From the NCBI GenBank assembly GCA_012862495.1, contig BLSG01000247.1, positions 54,419-91,402 on the forward strand: a stretch of DNA of 36,984 bases, in the 5' to 3' direction. Both the position numbers and the translations under genes were made by a program. Each line of letters begins with the position of its first letter. The stretch's first letter is position 1. Below are positions 10,093-20,533 of this stretch, in pieces. This DNA comes from Thraustochytrium aureum (Eukaryota). The notes below the pieces were generated by a model. That model was given only the letters and a program-made list of their open reading frames with translations. It had not been told where the DNA came from and did not search any database.

Positions 10093-11002
10093 NNNNNNNN
10101 NNNNNNNNNNNNNNNNNNNNNNNNNNNNNNNNNNNNNNNNNNNNNNNNNNNNNNNNNNNNNNNNNNNNNNNNNNNNNNNNNNNNNNNNNNNNNNNNNNNN
10201 NNNNNNNNNNNNNNNNNNNNNNNNNNNNNNNNNNNNNNNNNNNNNNNNNNNNNNNNNNNNNNNNNNNNNNNNNNNNNNNNNNNNNNNNNNNNNNNNNNNN
10301 NNNNNNNNNNNNNNNNNNNNNNNNNNNNNNNNNNNNNNNNNNNNNNNNNNNNNNNNNNNNNNNNNNNNNNNNNNNNNNNNNNNNNNNNNNNNNNNNNNNN
10401 NNNNNNNNGTCGTCTTCGTCGTCGACATCTTCTGTAATAAGCTTGGCGACCTTGGCCTCCTCTCGCAAGGGCAGTCAACGCTTGGCTAGCTCTAGCGAGG
10501 GAGAGAGGCGGCTCGGAGAGCTTGTTTGTTGCTGTGTTCGCCGCTCGTTGTGTTGATTGAGCATCTCAACGCTCGCGGTTTCGTTGGCGCTCTGTTCTGG
10601 TGCCTTTTTCGTTTCTCGATGGATCGGATCGAGCAAATTCAATCAAAAAAATATCCATTTGCGCTTGCCTTGGTCGCGCATGTTGCGCCCTCCTGCTGGG
10701 CCCAACCCTCGGGCGCGCAGCCGCTGCTCCGAAAGTTGCACTGCTTGCGCGTTGCGGCTGGCTGGCTGTTGCCCTCTACAGGTAGAGAAAAGTAGGCAGC
10801 TGCAGCTCTCCATGCCGGCCTGCTGTTGCAACCGGGCCGCTGCAAGGCCGAGTTGCGGCAGTGCAAGTTGGGGTGAACGGGGGAAAGGAAGGCAGTCTCA
10901 AGACCTAAAGGAGCTTCACTACCAACTCGAGCACGCGCGACAGTCCAACCCGACAGAACCCATTCGGTCTCCAAGGGAGCAGGTTCGAGCCTCACGCATG
11001 GC

Positions 11003-13601
11003 CTAAGAGAGCTTGGCGCCCGCGAGCGTCGGCACAGTGCAAGGCCCAGCGCTGGTGACCAGCGGCTTTCCGTCCCAAGTGGCAACGCAAGCCTCGTTGG
11101 TCTGGAGCTTGGCCGAGACAGACTCGAAGACCTTTTTCTTGGAGACCCGGTTCGGCTCATCTGGGGGAAACTCGTTCGGATCGGTTCCCTCGAGGCCAAG
11201 GCGCTCGCCCACTTTGCTGCCCGCCGGCGGATCGAGGATTTCGACCTTTTCGGGCGTCGTGGCGCAAATCACCATGCCGTTCGAGTTGAACCCAGCGAGC
11301 TTGCGCGGCTTGAGGTTGCAGCAGACAACCACGAGCCTGTCCTGGAGATCTTGGAGCGAGTAGTGGTCACGCAGGCCGGAGGCGATCTGGCGAGGCTCCT
11401 CCTCGCCCACGTCGATCGCCTCGCAAAAGAGCCGCTCGGCAGACTCGTGGTGCCACACCTTGACGATGCGACCGACCCGAAACTCGATTCGGGCCACCTC
11501 CGGGCCGTTGTGCGAGGCGCTCTCACTTCCCTTCTGCGAGGCGATCTTGGCCTCCGCCTTGCGAGCCTGCTTGGCCGCCTTGGCGGCCTCCACGGCAGCC
11601 TTGGACGAGAGGTCGGGCCCCTTGGGCTGCGACCCGTCGTTGACCACGATCCCGACGCCCTCGGCAAGCTCGTTGAAGAGCACGGAGCCGACGTAGGTGT
11701 CGGTTCCTGGGGGCAGGTTGTCGAACTCGTCACTGAGGGCTGGGATGTACGTGGGCTTGACGCCGATCTTGTTGAAGACCTCCGCCATGGCCGTGGGGGT
11801 GAACGGGATCAGAAAGTGCGCGAGCGCGTAAACGCCCTCCAGCACGGCGCGCACCATGGCTCGCTTCGTGGCCATCGAAGCCTCGTCCTTGCCCTTGATC
11901 TTCCATGGCTCGACCGTTTGCAGGTAGCGGTTGAGCGTGTTGATGGCCTCGTTGATGGCTTCCGTGGCCGCCTTGATCTGCAGGCCGGCGCCCTGGCGCA
12001 GCGACGCAAGGTTGGTTCCCGGGGTACGCCTCGTTGGAAAAGTCGGCGGGGATGGCCACCTCGCCGGGCCGCGTCGAGAAGCAGACCTCGAAGATGGTCT
12101 TGAGGTTTTTCAGGTCGAACGGCAGCGCGCCCTCCAGCCTATGTGCGGCCTCTGCCGGAATCTTGCCGCCCGTGTAGCTCTGGCAGAGCGAGGTCACGCG
12201 GTGCAGCAGGTTGCCGAGCCCATCCTTGAGCACGCTGTTGTGCAGCGCGCACAGCGCGCCGACGGAAAACGGCAGATCGGACCCGAAGGTTGCCGTGGCG
12301 GCGATGTAGAAGCGCAGCGAATCGGAGGGGTAGAGGCGCAGGAGGTCAACCGGGTCGACCACGTTGCCGAGCGACTTTGACATCTTGACGCCGTCGGCGG
12401 CAACGACAAAGCCATGGCCAAACACGGTCTTGGGGAGCGGGACGCCGGCGCTCATGAGCATGGTGGGCCAAATGATCGTGTGGAAGCGCACGATGTCCTT
12501 GCCGATGATGTGGACGTTGCAGGGCCAGAAGCGCGCGTTGGTGTCGTCCTCGGTGAGGTAGTGCAGCCCGCTCAAGTAGTTGGTGAGCGCGTCGAACCAA
12601 ACGTACATGACGTGGTTCTTGCTGCCCTTGTACTCTGGGTCGGGCGGGCAGTGGATGCCCCACTGGCACACCGTGCGCGAGATGCAGAGGTCCTGCAGCG
12701 GCTCGGAGAGGAAGGCCAGCATTTCCTTTTTGCGCGCCTCTGGCTGGATAAAGCCCGGGTTGTCCACCGTGATGTACTTGATGAGTTGGTCCTGGTACTT
12801 TGACATGCGGAAAAAGTACGACTCCTCGGACTTGCGCTCGTACGGGCGGCCGTGCTCGTCCTTGAAGTCGGTGGCCTCGGCCTCCTTGTCTGTCACGTAC
12901 TGCTCCTCGAACACGTTGTACCACCCCACGTAGTCTTTCAGGTAGATGTCGCCCTTCTCGCGCACGCGCAGCCAGATGTTCTTGGCCAGCTCGCCATGGT
13001 GCTTCATCGTGGTGCGGATGTAATAGTCGTTGCTCACGTCGAGCTGCTTGTTGAGCGCCCGGAACCCGTCCGAGTATTTGTCGGCGATCGCTTGGGGAGA
13101 GACGCCCGCCTTGATGGCGCTCTGCTCGACCTTTTGGCCGTGCTCGTCCGACCCCGTCAGGAAGAACACGTCGCGCCCATACACGCGGTGGTACCTGCAG
13201 ATCACGTCCGAGGTGATGGCCTCGTACGCGTGCCCCATGTGCGGGGCGCCATTCGTGTAGTTGATCGCCGTGGTCAGGTAGAACTGCTCCTTCGCAGCGG
13301 GGCCTGGGTCACGCCCGCACGCGGGCTCTACCTGTGCGCGGTCCAGGGTGGGCGCCGCGTCCTTCTTCGGCTTGGCGTTGCCCTTGCCCTTGCCCTTGGC
13401 GTCCTCCTTCTCGGCTGCCGGCTTGGCGTCGCTGCCTTTGCCTTTCTTGGCGGCCTTGCTGTCCTTGTTGCTTGGCTCGGCCTTCTTCTTCTCTTTGGGC
13501 GCTTTGCTGCCCTTGGCCTTGCTCGCGGCCTCTGCGCCGCCCTTCTCTGCGAGCGCCAGGGCCGTGAGCAGGCTCAGGCGCACGTCCGTCTCGCGCACCA
13601 T
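11003..13601 (-). CDS. Methionyl-tRNA synthetase with Lys-rich N-terminal extension and C-terminal EMAP-II/Trbp111-like tRNA-binding OB fold; frameshift at ~12016-12024
   Basis: YLTTAINYTNGAPHMGH (HIGH), TGSDEHGQK, YVWFDALTNY, IGKDIVRFH, KMSKSLGN. C-terminus EFRVGRIVKVWHHESAERLF...RQIASGL...NLKPRKLAGFNSNGMVIC. Removing one base in CCCCGGGAA joins the two ORFs (...NRYLQTVEPWK...). Confidence 0.95.
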
Positions 13602-13633
13602 CGCCCCGCCGCAGCAGCGAGCGCGTTCGCGAG

Positions 13634-13693
13634 GTAGGTCGGTAGGTCGGTCGGTCGGTCGGGCGGGCGGGCGGGCGAGCGGGCGGGCGGGCG
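13634..13693. repeat. Compound GGTA/GGTC/GGGC tetranucleotide repeat upstream of MetRS
   Basis: GTAGGTCGGTAGGTCGGTCGGTCGGTCGGGCGGGCGGGCG... directly visible. Confidence 0.8.
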
Positions 13694-14251
13694 GTGGGGT
13701 CGCCTTGCACTTCAGCTGGCGCCGTGGGCAGCNNNNNNNNNNNNNNNNNNNNNNNNNNNNNNNNNNNNNNNNNNNNNNNNNNNNNNNNNNNNNNNNNNNN
13801 NNNNNNNNNNNNNNNNNNNNNNNNNNNNNNNNNNNNNNNNNNNNNNNNNNNNNNNNNNNNNNNNNNNNNNNNNNNNNNNNNNNNNNNNNNNNNNNNNNNN
13901 NNNNNNNNNNNNNNNNNNNNNNNNNNNNNNNNNNNNNNNNNNNNNNNNNNNNNNNNNNNNNNNNNNNNNNNNNNNNNNNNNNNNNNNNNNNNNNNNNNNN
14001 NNNNNNNNNNNNNNNNNNNNNNNNNNNNNNNNNNNNNNNNNNNNNNNNNNNNNNNNNNNNNNNNNNNNNNNNNNNNNNNNNNNNNNNNNNNNNNNNNNNN
14101 NNNNNNNNNNNNNNNNNNNNNNNNNNNNNNNNNNNNNNNNNNNNNNNNNNNNNNNNNNNNNNNNNNNNNNNNNNNNNNNNNNNNNNNNNNNNNNNNNNNN
14201 NNNNNNNNNNNNNNNNNNNNNNNNNNNNNNNNNNNNNNNNNNNNNNNNNNN

Positions 14252-16482
14252 NTGAGGAGGTCGGCGGCGGCGGCGGCTGTGCCCGTGGTCAAGGCGGCCG
14301 CTGCGCGGCAGGGGCTTGGCAGGCTCGCGAGACAGTGGCAGGCCGGACAGTACTGCGCTGGGGACGCATTGCACTTGCCGAAAGGGTCAGCTGCGTGCCT
14401 GTGCACCGCGAGCGGCGGCGGTTCCGGGCAGGACGAGGGCGGGAACGGGACGCGCGGAAACTTGTCCTGCCCAAAGTGCCAGCGGCCCCTCGTCGAGGTG
14501 CAGGGCGAGCTCGGCGCAGCCTCGGGCATGGGCCCGCTGTACAGCTGCAAGTGCAGCCCAAACGTGCTCTACATGACGATGAAGCGCTTCGACAGCCAGG
14601 GCAACCCCGCCTCGCCCTCCGAGGCCATCCGGCAGGTCGAGACCATCAGCGCCGACCTCGGCGACCTTCGCCCTGGCGAGACCTGGGCCAGCAAGCGCGC
14701 TGCAAAGGCCACCGCCGCCAACCTCGACGCAACGGCAGGAGCGGCGCAAAACAGGATCCGCCGGCTAACGCCCTTCAAGAACCAGGACGGCACGAGCGGC
14801 GCTGGTGGCGACGACTCGGGCCACGGCATCGGCGGGGGCAGCGGCGCCGGCTTGCGCTGGCTCGATTCTGCCGCCTCACCGGGCGGCGAGCACGTCGGGG
14901 CTCCCTCAGGCGCCGCCGCTGAAGGACACGGGGCGAAAGACGCGCTCAAACTCGACTCGAGGACGCCGCGCGAGCTGTACAATGGCCTGAACGAGTACGT
15001 GATCGGCCAGGAGCACGTCAAGAAGGTGCTCTCCGTTTCTGTGCACAACCACTACAACATCCTGGCGTACAACGCCAAGCAGCGGCGGAAGCAGCAGCAA
15101 GCCCAGGCGCAAAAGCTACACCACGCGCAGTACGTGGGCGAGGCCCAAGCTCCAGCGTCCCTCTCGCACGAGAAAGTCCTCGAACACGACAGTGACAGCT
15201 CGGGCCCGGCGCGCCGCTGGTACCCAAGCAAACTTGGCAAAGACGAGGACGCAGGCGCCGACCAAACGGAGGCCGGATCAGAGGTCGGCGCCGCAGCACG
15301 CGAGCGCGAGTCAGCGCTGGCACAGGCCGTCGCCGAAGAGGCAGCCGCAACCCGCGAGGCCGCCGTCTCCGTCGCGGCCAAGAAAAATCCAAGGCGGAGG
15401 CCGTCGCCGCGGACGTGGCCGCCGCCGCGGCCGCTGCTGGCCTCGACATGGACGTCACGCAGCTGGACAAGTCGAACGTGCTGCTGATCGGGCCGACGGG
15501 GTCGGGCAAGACGCTGATGGCCAAGACGCTAGCCAAGATGACCGGCGTCCCGCTCGTCATCTTTGACGCGACGACCCTCACACAGGCGGGCTATATCGGG
15601 GAGGACGTCGAGGCCATCCTGTACAAGCTCTTCCAGGAGGCCGACTACGACGTGGAGCTCGCGCAGAAAGGCATTGTTTACATCGACGAGGTCGACAAGA
15701 TCGCGAAGAGCAGCGGGCCCGGGGCCACGCGCGACGTGTCTGGCGAGGGCGTGCAGCAGGCCTTGCTCAAGCTCCTCGAAGGAACCGTCGCCAACGTGCC
15801 CAAGAAGGGCGGCCACAAGAGCGTGCGGTCCGAGTACGTGAGCATCGACACGAGCGAGATCCTGTTCATCTGCGGCGGGGCCTTCTCTGGGCTCGAAAAG
15901 CTCATCAGCCGGCGCACGATGCGCAGCAGCATGGGCTTTGAGGCGCACGTCCTCCCGAACGCTGACGACGACCTCAAGGGCGGCAACCTTGACGACATGT
16001 TTCGCAAGATTGAGCCGAAGGACCTTGTCTCGTTCGGGATGATCCCCGAATTCGTCGGGCGGTTTTCCCACGTGCTCGCCACGAGCCAGCTCACGGTGGA
16101 CCAGCTCGTGCTGGTGCTGACAGAGCCGCGCAACTCGCTCGTCAAGCAGTTCCGCACGCTGTTCGCGCTGCAAAACGTCGAGCTCATCATTACGCACGCG
16201 GCGATGCGGAAGATCGCTGCGCTGGCGTACGAGCGCAAGACCGGCGCTCGTGGCCTCCGCGCGATCATGGACGGCATTCTCACCGAGACCATGTTTGTGC
16301 TCCCGGAAAAGTCGGATGTCAAGGCCGTGGTGGTGCACGAGGAGGCGGTCATGGGGGGCAAGCAGCCTCTTTTGGTCAAGACCGGGCCAGTTGCTGCGTC
16401 CCAGATCGCGGAGATGGTCGACAGCGGCGAGGAGGACCCTGACCTCTGGTCGCACGTTGAGGAGGCCTCCGCTGGCCTCTGA
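14252..16482 (+). CDS. clpX: ATP-dependent Clp protease ATP-binding subunit ClpX, mitochondrial type; frameshift at 15383-15387
   Basis: In-frame nTG at the gap edge (14252-14254) followed by an Arg/Ala-rich presequence-like RRSAAAAAVPVVKAAAARQGLGRLARQW. CPKC...CKC Zn-finger-like motif, LNEYVIGQEHVKKVLSVSVHNHY, KSNVLLIGPTGSGKT, GYIGED, IDEVDKI, RDVSGEGVQQALLK, MGF loop, TGARGLR. One A missing in AAG AAAAA TCC. Confidence 0.93.
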
Positions 16483-16555
16483 ATGTATTTACAATCCAAT
16501 CATTTTATAATATATAAACGCTTTCGCGCTCCCGTTGCGCCCGCCTAGTTGCTGC

Positions 16556-17708
16556 CTACATGCCAGACGCTAATACGAGGAGCGCGATGGCCAGCAGAGC
16601 ATATGCAACGAGGCCGACGCCAGAGAGCGCGGCGAGGGCTACCCACTGCCCCGGCGAGACCCAGCCCAACCGCACTGTCAGCACAAAGTACGCAATCCCC
16701 GCAAGAACAACGCCGCGCCCAGCAAGATTTACGAGCGCCCGCGTGTCGTTGCTGTCGATAAAGAGGCCGCCGTCGAGCCGCGCCTGATGCGGCGCACGTC
16801 GACTTGCACGAGCGGTCTCGCCTTGCGAAAGGCCGAGAGGGCAGCGCTGCTGATCCTCGGGCAGGCGTCCGCTCGGAGCGAAGTCAAGCTGCCGGCGCCT
16901 TGCAAGGCCTCCAGAGTCGCGCCGGAGAGCCCCATGCAGCCGCTTACGTTCACGTGGCGCAGTTTGCGCAGGGCGGTCGGCTTGGTGAAGACCTGGTCGC
17001 TCACGCCCCGCACGCCCGCGAGATCCAGACTGAAAGCTCCCTCGGAAGCGCAACGTCCAAGACCGCGCCAACGCCCTTGTCCGTGAGCCGTATGCACCCC
17101 ACGGCACGAAATTCTGCGAGCCGAAACCAGCTCGCGCCGAGCCCGTGCAGCGCGTTGTCGGTCAGCTCCAGTAACCCGGAAATGTTGAACGCGGTCAAGC
17201 GCGAGGCAAGCGCTTGCACAAGGGGTTGCAGCCCACTGTCTGTGACTTGACTGCAGCCCTCTAGCGAAATCTGGTCCAGCCCCCTCAGCCGGGTGGCAAT
17301 CATCGCGACGGCTTTGTCCGTAACGCCATAGCAGCAAGTGAGGTCAAGCCTCTCAAGCCGCGGCATCCACCGTGTTAGCTGCTCGACCGTGCCGTCCTCC
17401 ACTCGGATGCAGTGCGACAGGTCAAGGGTGACCAGAGCGTCCAGCCGCCGCTCCAGCCTCGCAAAGGGCTGCTGGAGCCACAAGTTGCCGCTCAGTGAGA
17501 GGCCCTTGATGGCGCAGAGCAGATCGCTGGCGCAAAGCAGCTCGGCGCATCGGTCATCAACAACCGCCTCGCACCCCCCGAGGTCCACCCACGCCGGCGC
17601 GCTCGCGCCGTCCTGCGCGCCAAGCAGAGCAGCCAGCGCCTCGCGCCTCGCGCAGCTGGAGCCAGCCTCGTCGCGCAAGCGCCACGTGCCGTCCTTGTCC
17701 GCCATCAT
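16556..17708 (-). CDS. Cysteine-containing LRR (FBXL/AMN1-like repeats) protein with C-terminal hydrophobic helices; frameshifts at ~17033-17035 and ~16795
   Basis: Repeats LDLSHCIRVED, LDLTCCYGVTD, ISLEGCSQVTD, FNISGLLELTD, FRAVGCIRLTD, LDLAGVRGVSD, VNVSGCMGLS, LRADACPRIS spread over two frames. The third frame gives GVVLAGIAYFVLTVRLGW...WVALAALSGVGLVAYALLAIALLVLA. Confidence 0.8.
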
Positions 17709-18744
17709 CGCAGACCGAAAATGCGCGCCTTCGTCTGCGCCACCGCCAACGAGTACCCTGCCCCGCGCCGCCGCCTTCGCACGCGACACGAGCTGTGGCT
17801 CGAGTCGAGTGTGCCTCGCGTCGCGTGTCCACAGTTGCCACTGTCCGCTCTTGCCCGCCACTCTTGACCTAGCGCAGCTGGTGCCCCCCTCAACCAAACT
17901 CCAACACCCTCAGACTCTGAGATGTTGGAGTTGTTGCCAGCCAGCTGGCGCAGACGAGCACTGCCAAAATGGTCGGGACTCGGGAGCCGCAAGTCTGGAC
18001 GGACGTCGGTTGGAGCCTGAGGTGATTCGGGGACAGCTGGCGGGCGGCGCAGAGGGACGAAGGATCCAGCGGAGTTGGGCAGACGCACAACAGGGGTTTT
18101 GCACTTGCAAGATCAATGTTGATCTTGAAAGAAAAACAACTTGCATCGTGCGCGAACTTGAAGCACGTCAACGCCTTCACTGCGTTCAAGGGCAGGTTCT
18201 GCGGTTGGACAGCGCGGTTTGGCTGCACCTGTTCGGCCCGTGCATGTTGCGCTGTACCGTCGCGTTGTCCTTGATATTCTTCTCNNNNNNNNNNNNNNNN
18301 NNNNNNNNNNNNNNNNNNNNNNNNNNNNNNNNNNNNNNNNNNNNNNNNNNNNNNNNNNNNNNNNNNNNNNNNNNNNNNNNNNNNNNNNNNNNNNNNNNNN
18401 NNNNNNNNNNNNNNNNNNNNNNNNNNNNNNNNNNNNNNNNNNNNNNNNNNNNNNNNNNNNNNNNNNNNNNNNNNNNNNNNNNNNNNNNNNNNNNNNNNNN
18501 NNNNNNNNNNNNNNNNNNNNNNNNNNNNNNNNNNNNNNNNNNNNNNNNNNNNNNNNNNNNNNNNNNNNNNNNNNNNNNNNNNNNNNNNNNNNNNNNNNNN
18601 NNNNNNNNNNNNNNNNNNNNNNNNNNNNNNNNNNNNNNNNNNNNNNNNNNNNNNNNNNNNNNNNNNNNNNNNNNNNNNNNNNNNNNNNNNNNNNNNNNNN
18701 NNNNNNNNNNNNNNNNNNNNNNNNNNNNNNNNNNNNNNNNNNNN

Positions 18745-19638
18745 CGGGACGCTGTCCACCTGCTCGTAAAACCTCCAAAACCAACCCCCGAATGCGCTCC
18801 TCCGCTTTATCAAGACGATCGCCTCTTGCCTCGCACTCGTCTGACAAATTCCGCGCCCTCTCCTCTGCCCTAGCTAGCTTGGAGGCCAACAACTTTGACC
18901 TCTTTCGCTCTTGCGCCAACAGGGAGTCTGAAGCAGCCAGTTCCCGCTTGAGTCTGGCTTCTCCGGTCAGACGTTCCGTTTCCGTTTCCGCTGCGGATTC
19001 CGCTCCTGCCACTTTCTGGGCCGAAGCTGAGGCAGCTCGAAGCCGTTCGTTTTCCTTTCGCGCGTCCGCAAGCTCCGCGGTCTTGTCTGCCATGCCCGTC
19101 GCGAGCTGGTGCATTGGCGGGGTAACAGGCGACGTGTCGGCGCAAGCGCCTCGCTGCGCGCTTCGAGCAAGCGCCTGTGGCATGGACTTGGCAGCGCTCG
19201 CGCTTGGGCGGCGCGGAGGGCTTACTTGCAGGGTCGTTAAAAGCTCCGCGGCATGCCGACCACCTGGCCACCCACCGCCGCAAGCGGGGACCCACCGATG
19301 CCCGTCCCACTGTGCCTCAACACCAGTCGTAGGGGGTTGCTGCCGTGTCGGGGAGACAAGCTTTTGCTTGGCGATCCATCGCGGGGTGGTATTCTTCGCT
19401 CCCCGATTGAACTTCGTGCGCCACTGGAACGACTCTGGCCTCAGGTGCCACCACAAAAAGTTGGCCTTGGACTTGGGGCCATAAGGCACCTCCCCTTTCG
19501 CAAGACCTTGAGCACCCTGGCGCGCGCTTCACTTGGCGTCGGCAAGGAGAACTGACGCCTTTGCTCGTCAGTGAGTCCTTGCTTGATCTGGTCTTGGCAC
19601 CACTTGAGGTTGCACGCGCACTGTTGTCCCGGCGACAT
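18745..19638 (-). CDS. Putative THAP-like zinc-finger + coiled-coil protein; frameshift at 19492-19495; continues into gap (possibly to ~17890)
   Basis: MSPGQQCACNLKWC...FSLPTPSEARARVL...NFLWWHLRPESFQW...KLVSPT, followed by heptad-rich AELADARKENERLRA...LARAEERARNLSDEC. Restoring one G in AAG GGG[G]AG joins the two ORFs. Confidence 0.5.
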
Positions 19639-19924
19639 CGCTCCTACGTGGCGCACCTGCGAACGGGTTTGTTTGCTCGTATCCGACACGTCCTGCGCAC
19701 GCTCCAGGATGTTCGCTCGAATGGCCAGCCGGAACACAAGGGCGATGAACCACCAGACGCTTCGTTCCTCTGCGCCGTTCCTCTGCGCCGCCCGCCAGAG
19801 CCCCCAACAGTGTCCCCCGATTCCTCCAACTGGCGTCCAGAAGCTCGGACGCGCTCTCGCATTCGGGGCGTGGCATGGCATGGCACTGATGAGCTCCTGT
19901 GGCGAACAAAGAGGAAAAACGGAC

Positions 19925-20196
19925 GAACAAACCGATTCCCAAAGAATAGTGAACAAAGCGACCCCTAAAGAGCAACAACGGAAGAGCAAAGGAAAGTGAG
20001 GAACAAACCGACCCCTAAAGATCAACAACGGAAGAGCAAAGGAAAGTGAGGAACAAACCGAACTCCAACGAATAGAGAGGGACAAACCGATCTCCAACGA
20101 ATAGCGAGGAACAAAGCGACCCCTAAAGAGCAACACCGTGAAGAACAAACCGACCCCCAAAGAACACAAATGGGAGAACACACCGAGCCCCAAAGA
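19925..20196. repeat. Array of eight 21-bp motifs GAACAAA(C/G)CGA-N5-AA(A/C)GA with variable spacers
   Basis: Copies start at 19925, 19951, 20001, 20051, 20080, 20109, 20143 and 20176 (periods 26, 50, 50, 29, 29, 34, 33). The + strand is very A-rich. Confidence 0.9.
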
Positions 20197-20245
20197 ACAG
20201 AGAGTGTTGTGGTCGGACAGCGGGACGAGCGAGTCTCTTGCAGGG

Positions 20246-20360
20246 GCAGGCAGGCAGGCAGGCAGGCAGACCGCCAAGGCGCGTGGGCTGGAGTGCGAGG
20301 GGGCGCGCGCCTGTAGGCAGCGTGGACGCGCGCTCGCACGCACGCACGCACGCACGCACG
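20246..20360. repeat. (GGCA)n and (GCAC)n microsatellites upstream of the PROPPIN gene
   Basis: GGCAGGCAGGCA... at ~20246-20269 and GCACGCACGCAC... at ~20336-20360. Confidence 0.8.
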
Positions 20361-20533
20361 CTTGTACGGGCGCAAGGACGCGAGGCCGGCCAGGCGGGAC
20401 CGCGGCGCTGGAAGCGGCTGAAACGCAGGCGCGGCGCGAGCACGAGACCGCAGAGGCGCAAGGGCTGCGGGCCACCGCGCGCTTCGCGGCCGGGGTACGG
20501 CCGGAAGGCCGGGCGCGCGGCAGGGAGAGCAGG

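Noticed and set aside
4000..16499. Many long antisense/overlapping ORFs (e.g. 4567..5277+, 11351..12103+, 12852..13637+, 15529..16455-)
   Set aside because: Shadow ORFs opposite GC3-rich real genes; no recognisable motifs.
17869..17936. Helitron 3' end (hairpin followed by CTAG on the minus strand)
   Set aside because: The hairpin is longer than typical and 18 nt from the CTAG, the next base is G rather than T, and no Rep/helicase ORF is present.
19925..20196. CRISPR-like repeat-spacer appearance; CCCTAAA telomere-like heptamer in three copies
   Set aside because: Spacers are 5-29 nt, two are near-identical duplicates, repeats are degenerate, there are no cas genes and the context is eukaryotic. 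CCCTAAA is never tandem.
20138..20533. 132-aa N-terminal extension of the PROPPIN ORF
   Set aside because: Starts at a GTG within the repeat array and runs through microsatellites; family similarity begins just after the ATG at 20534.
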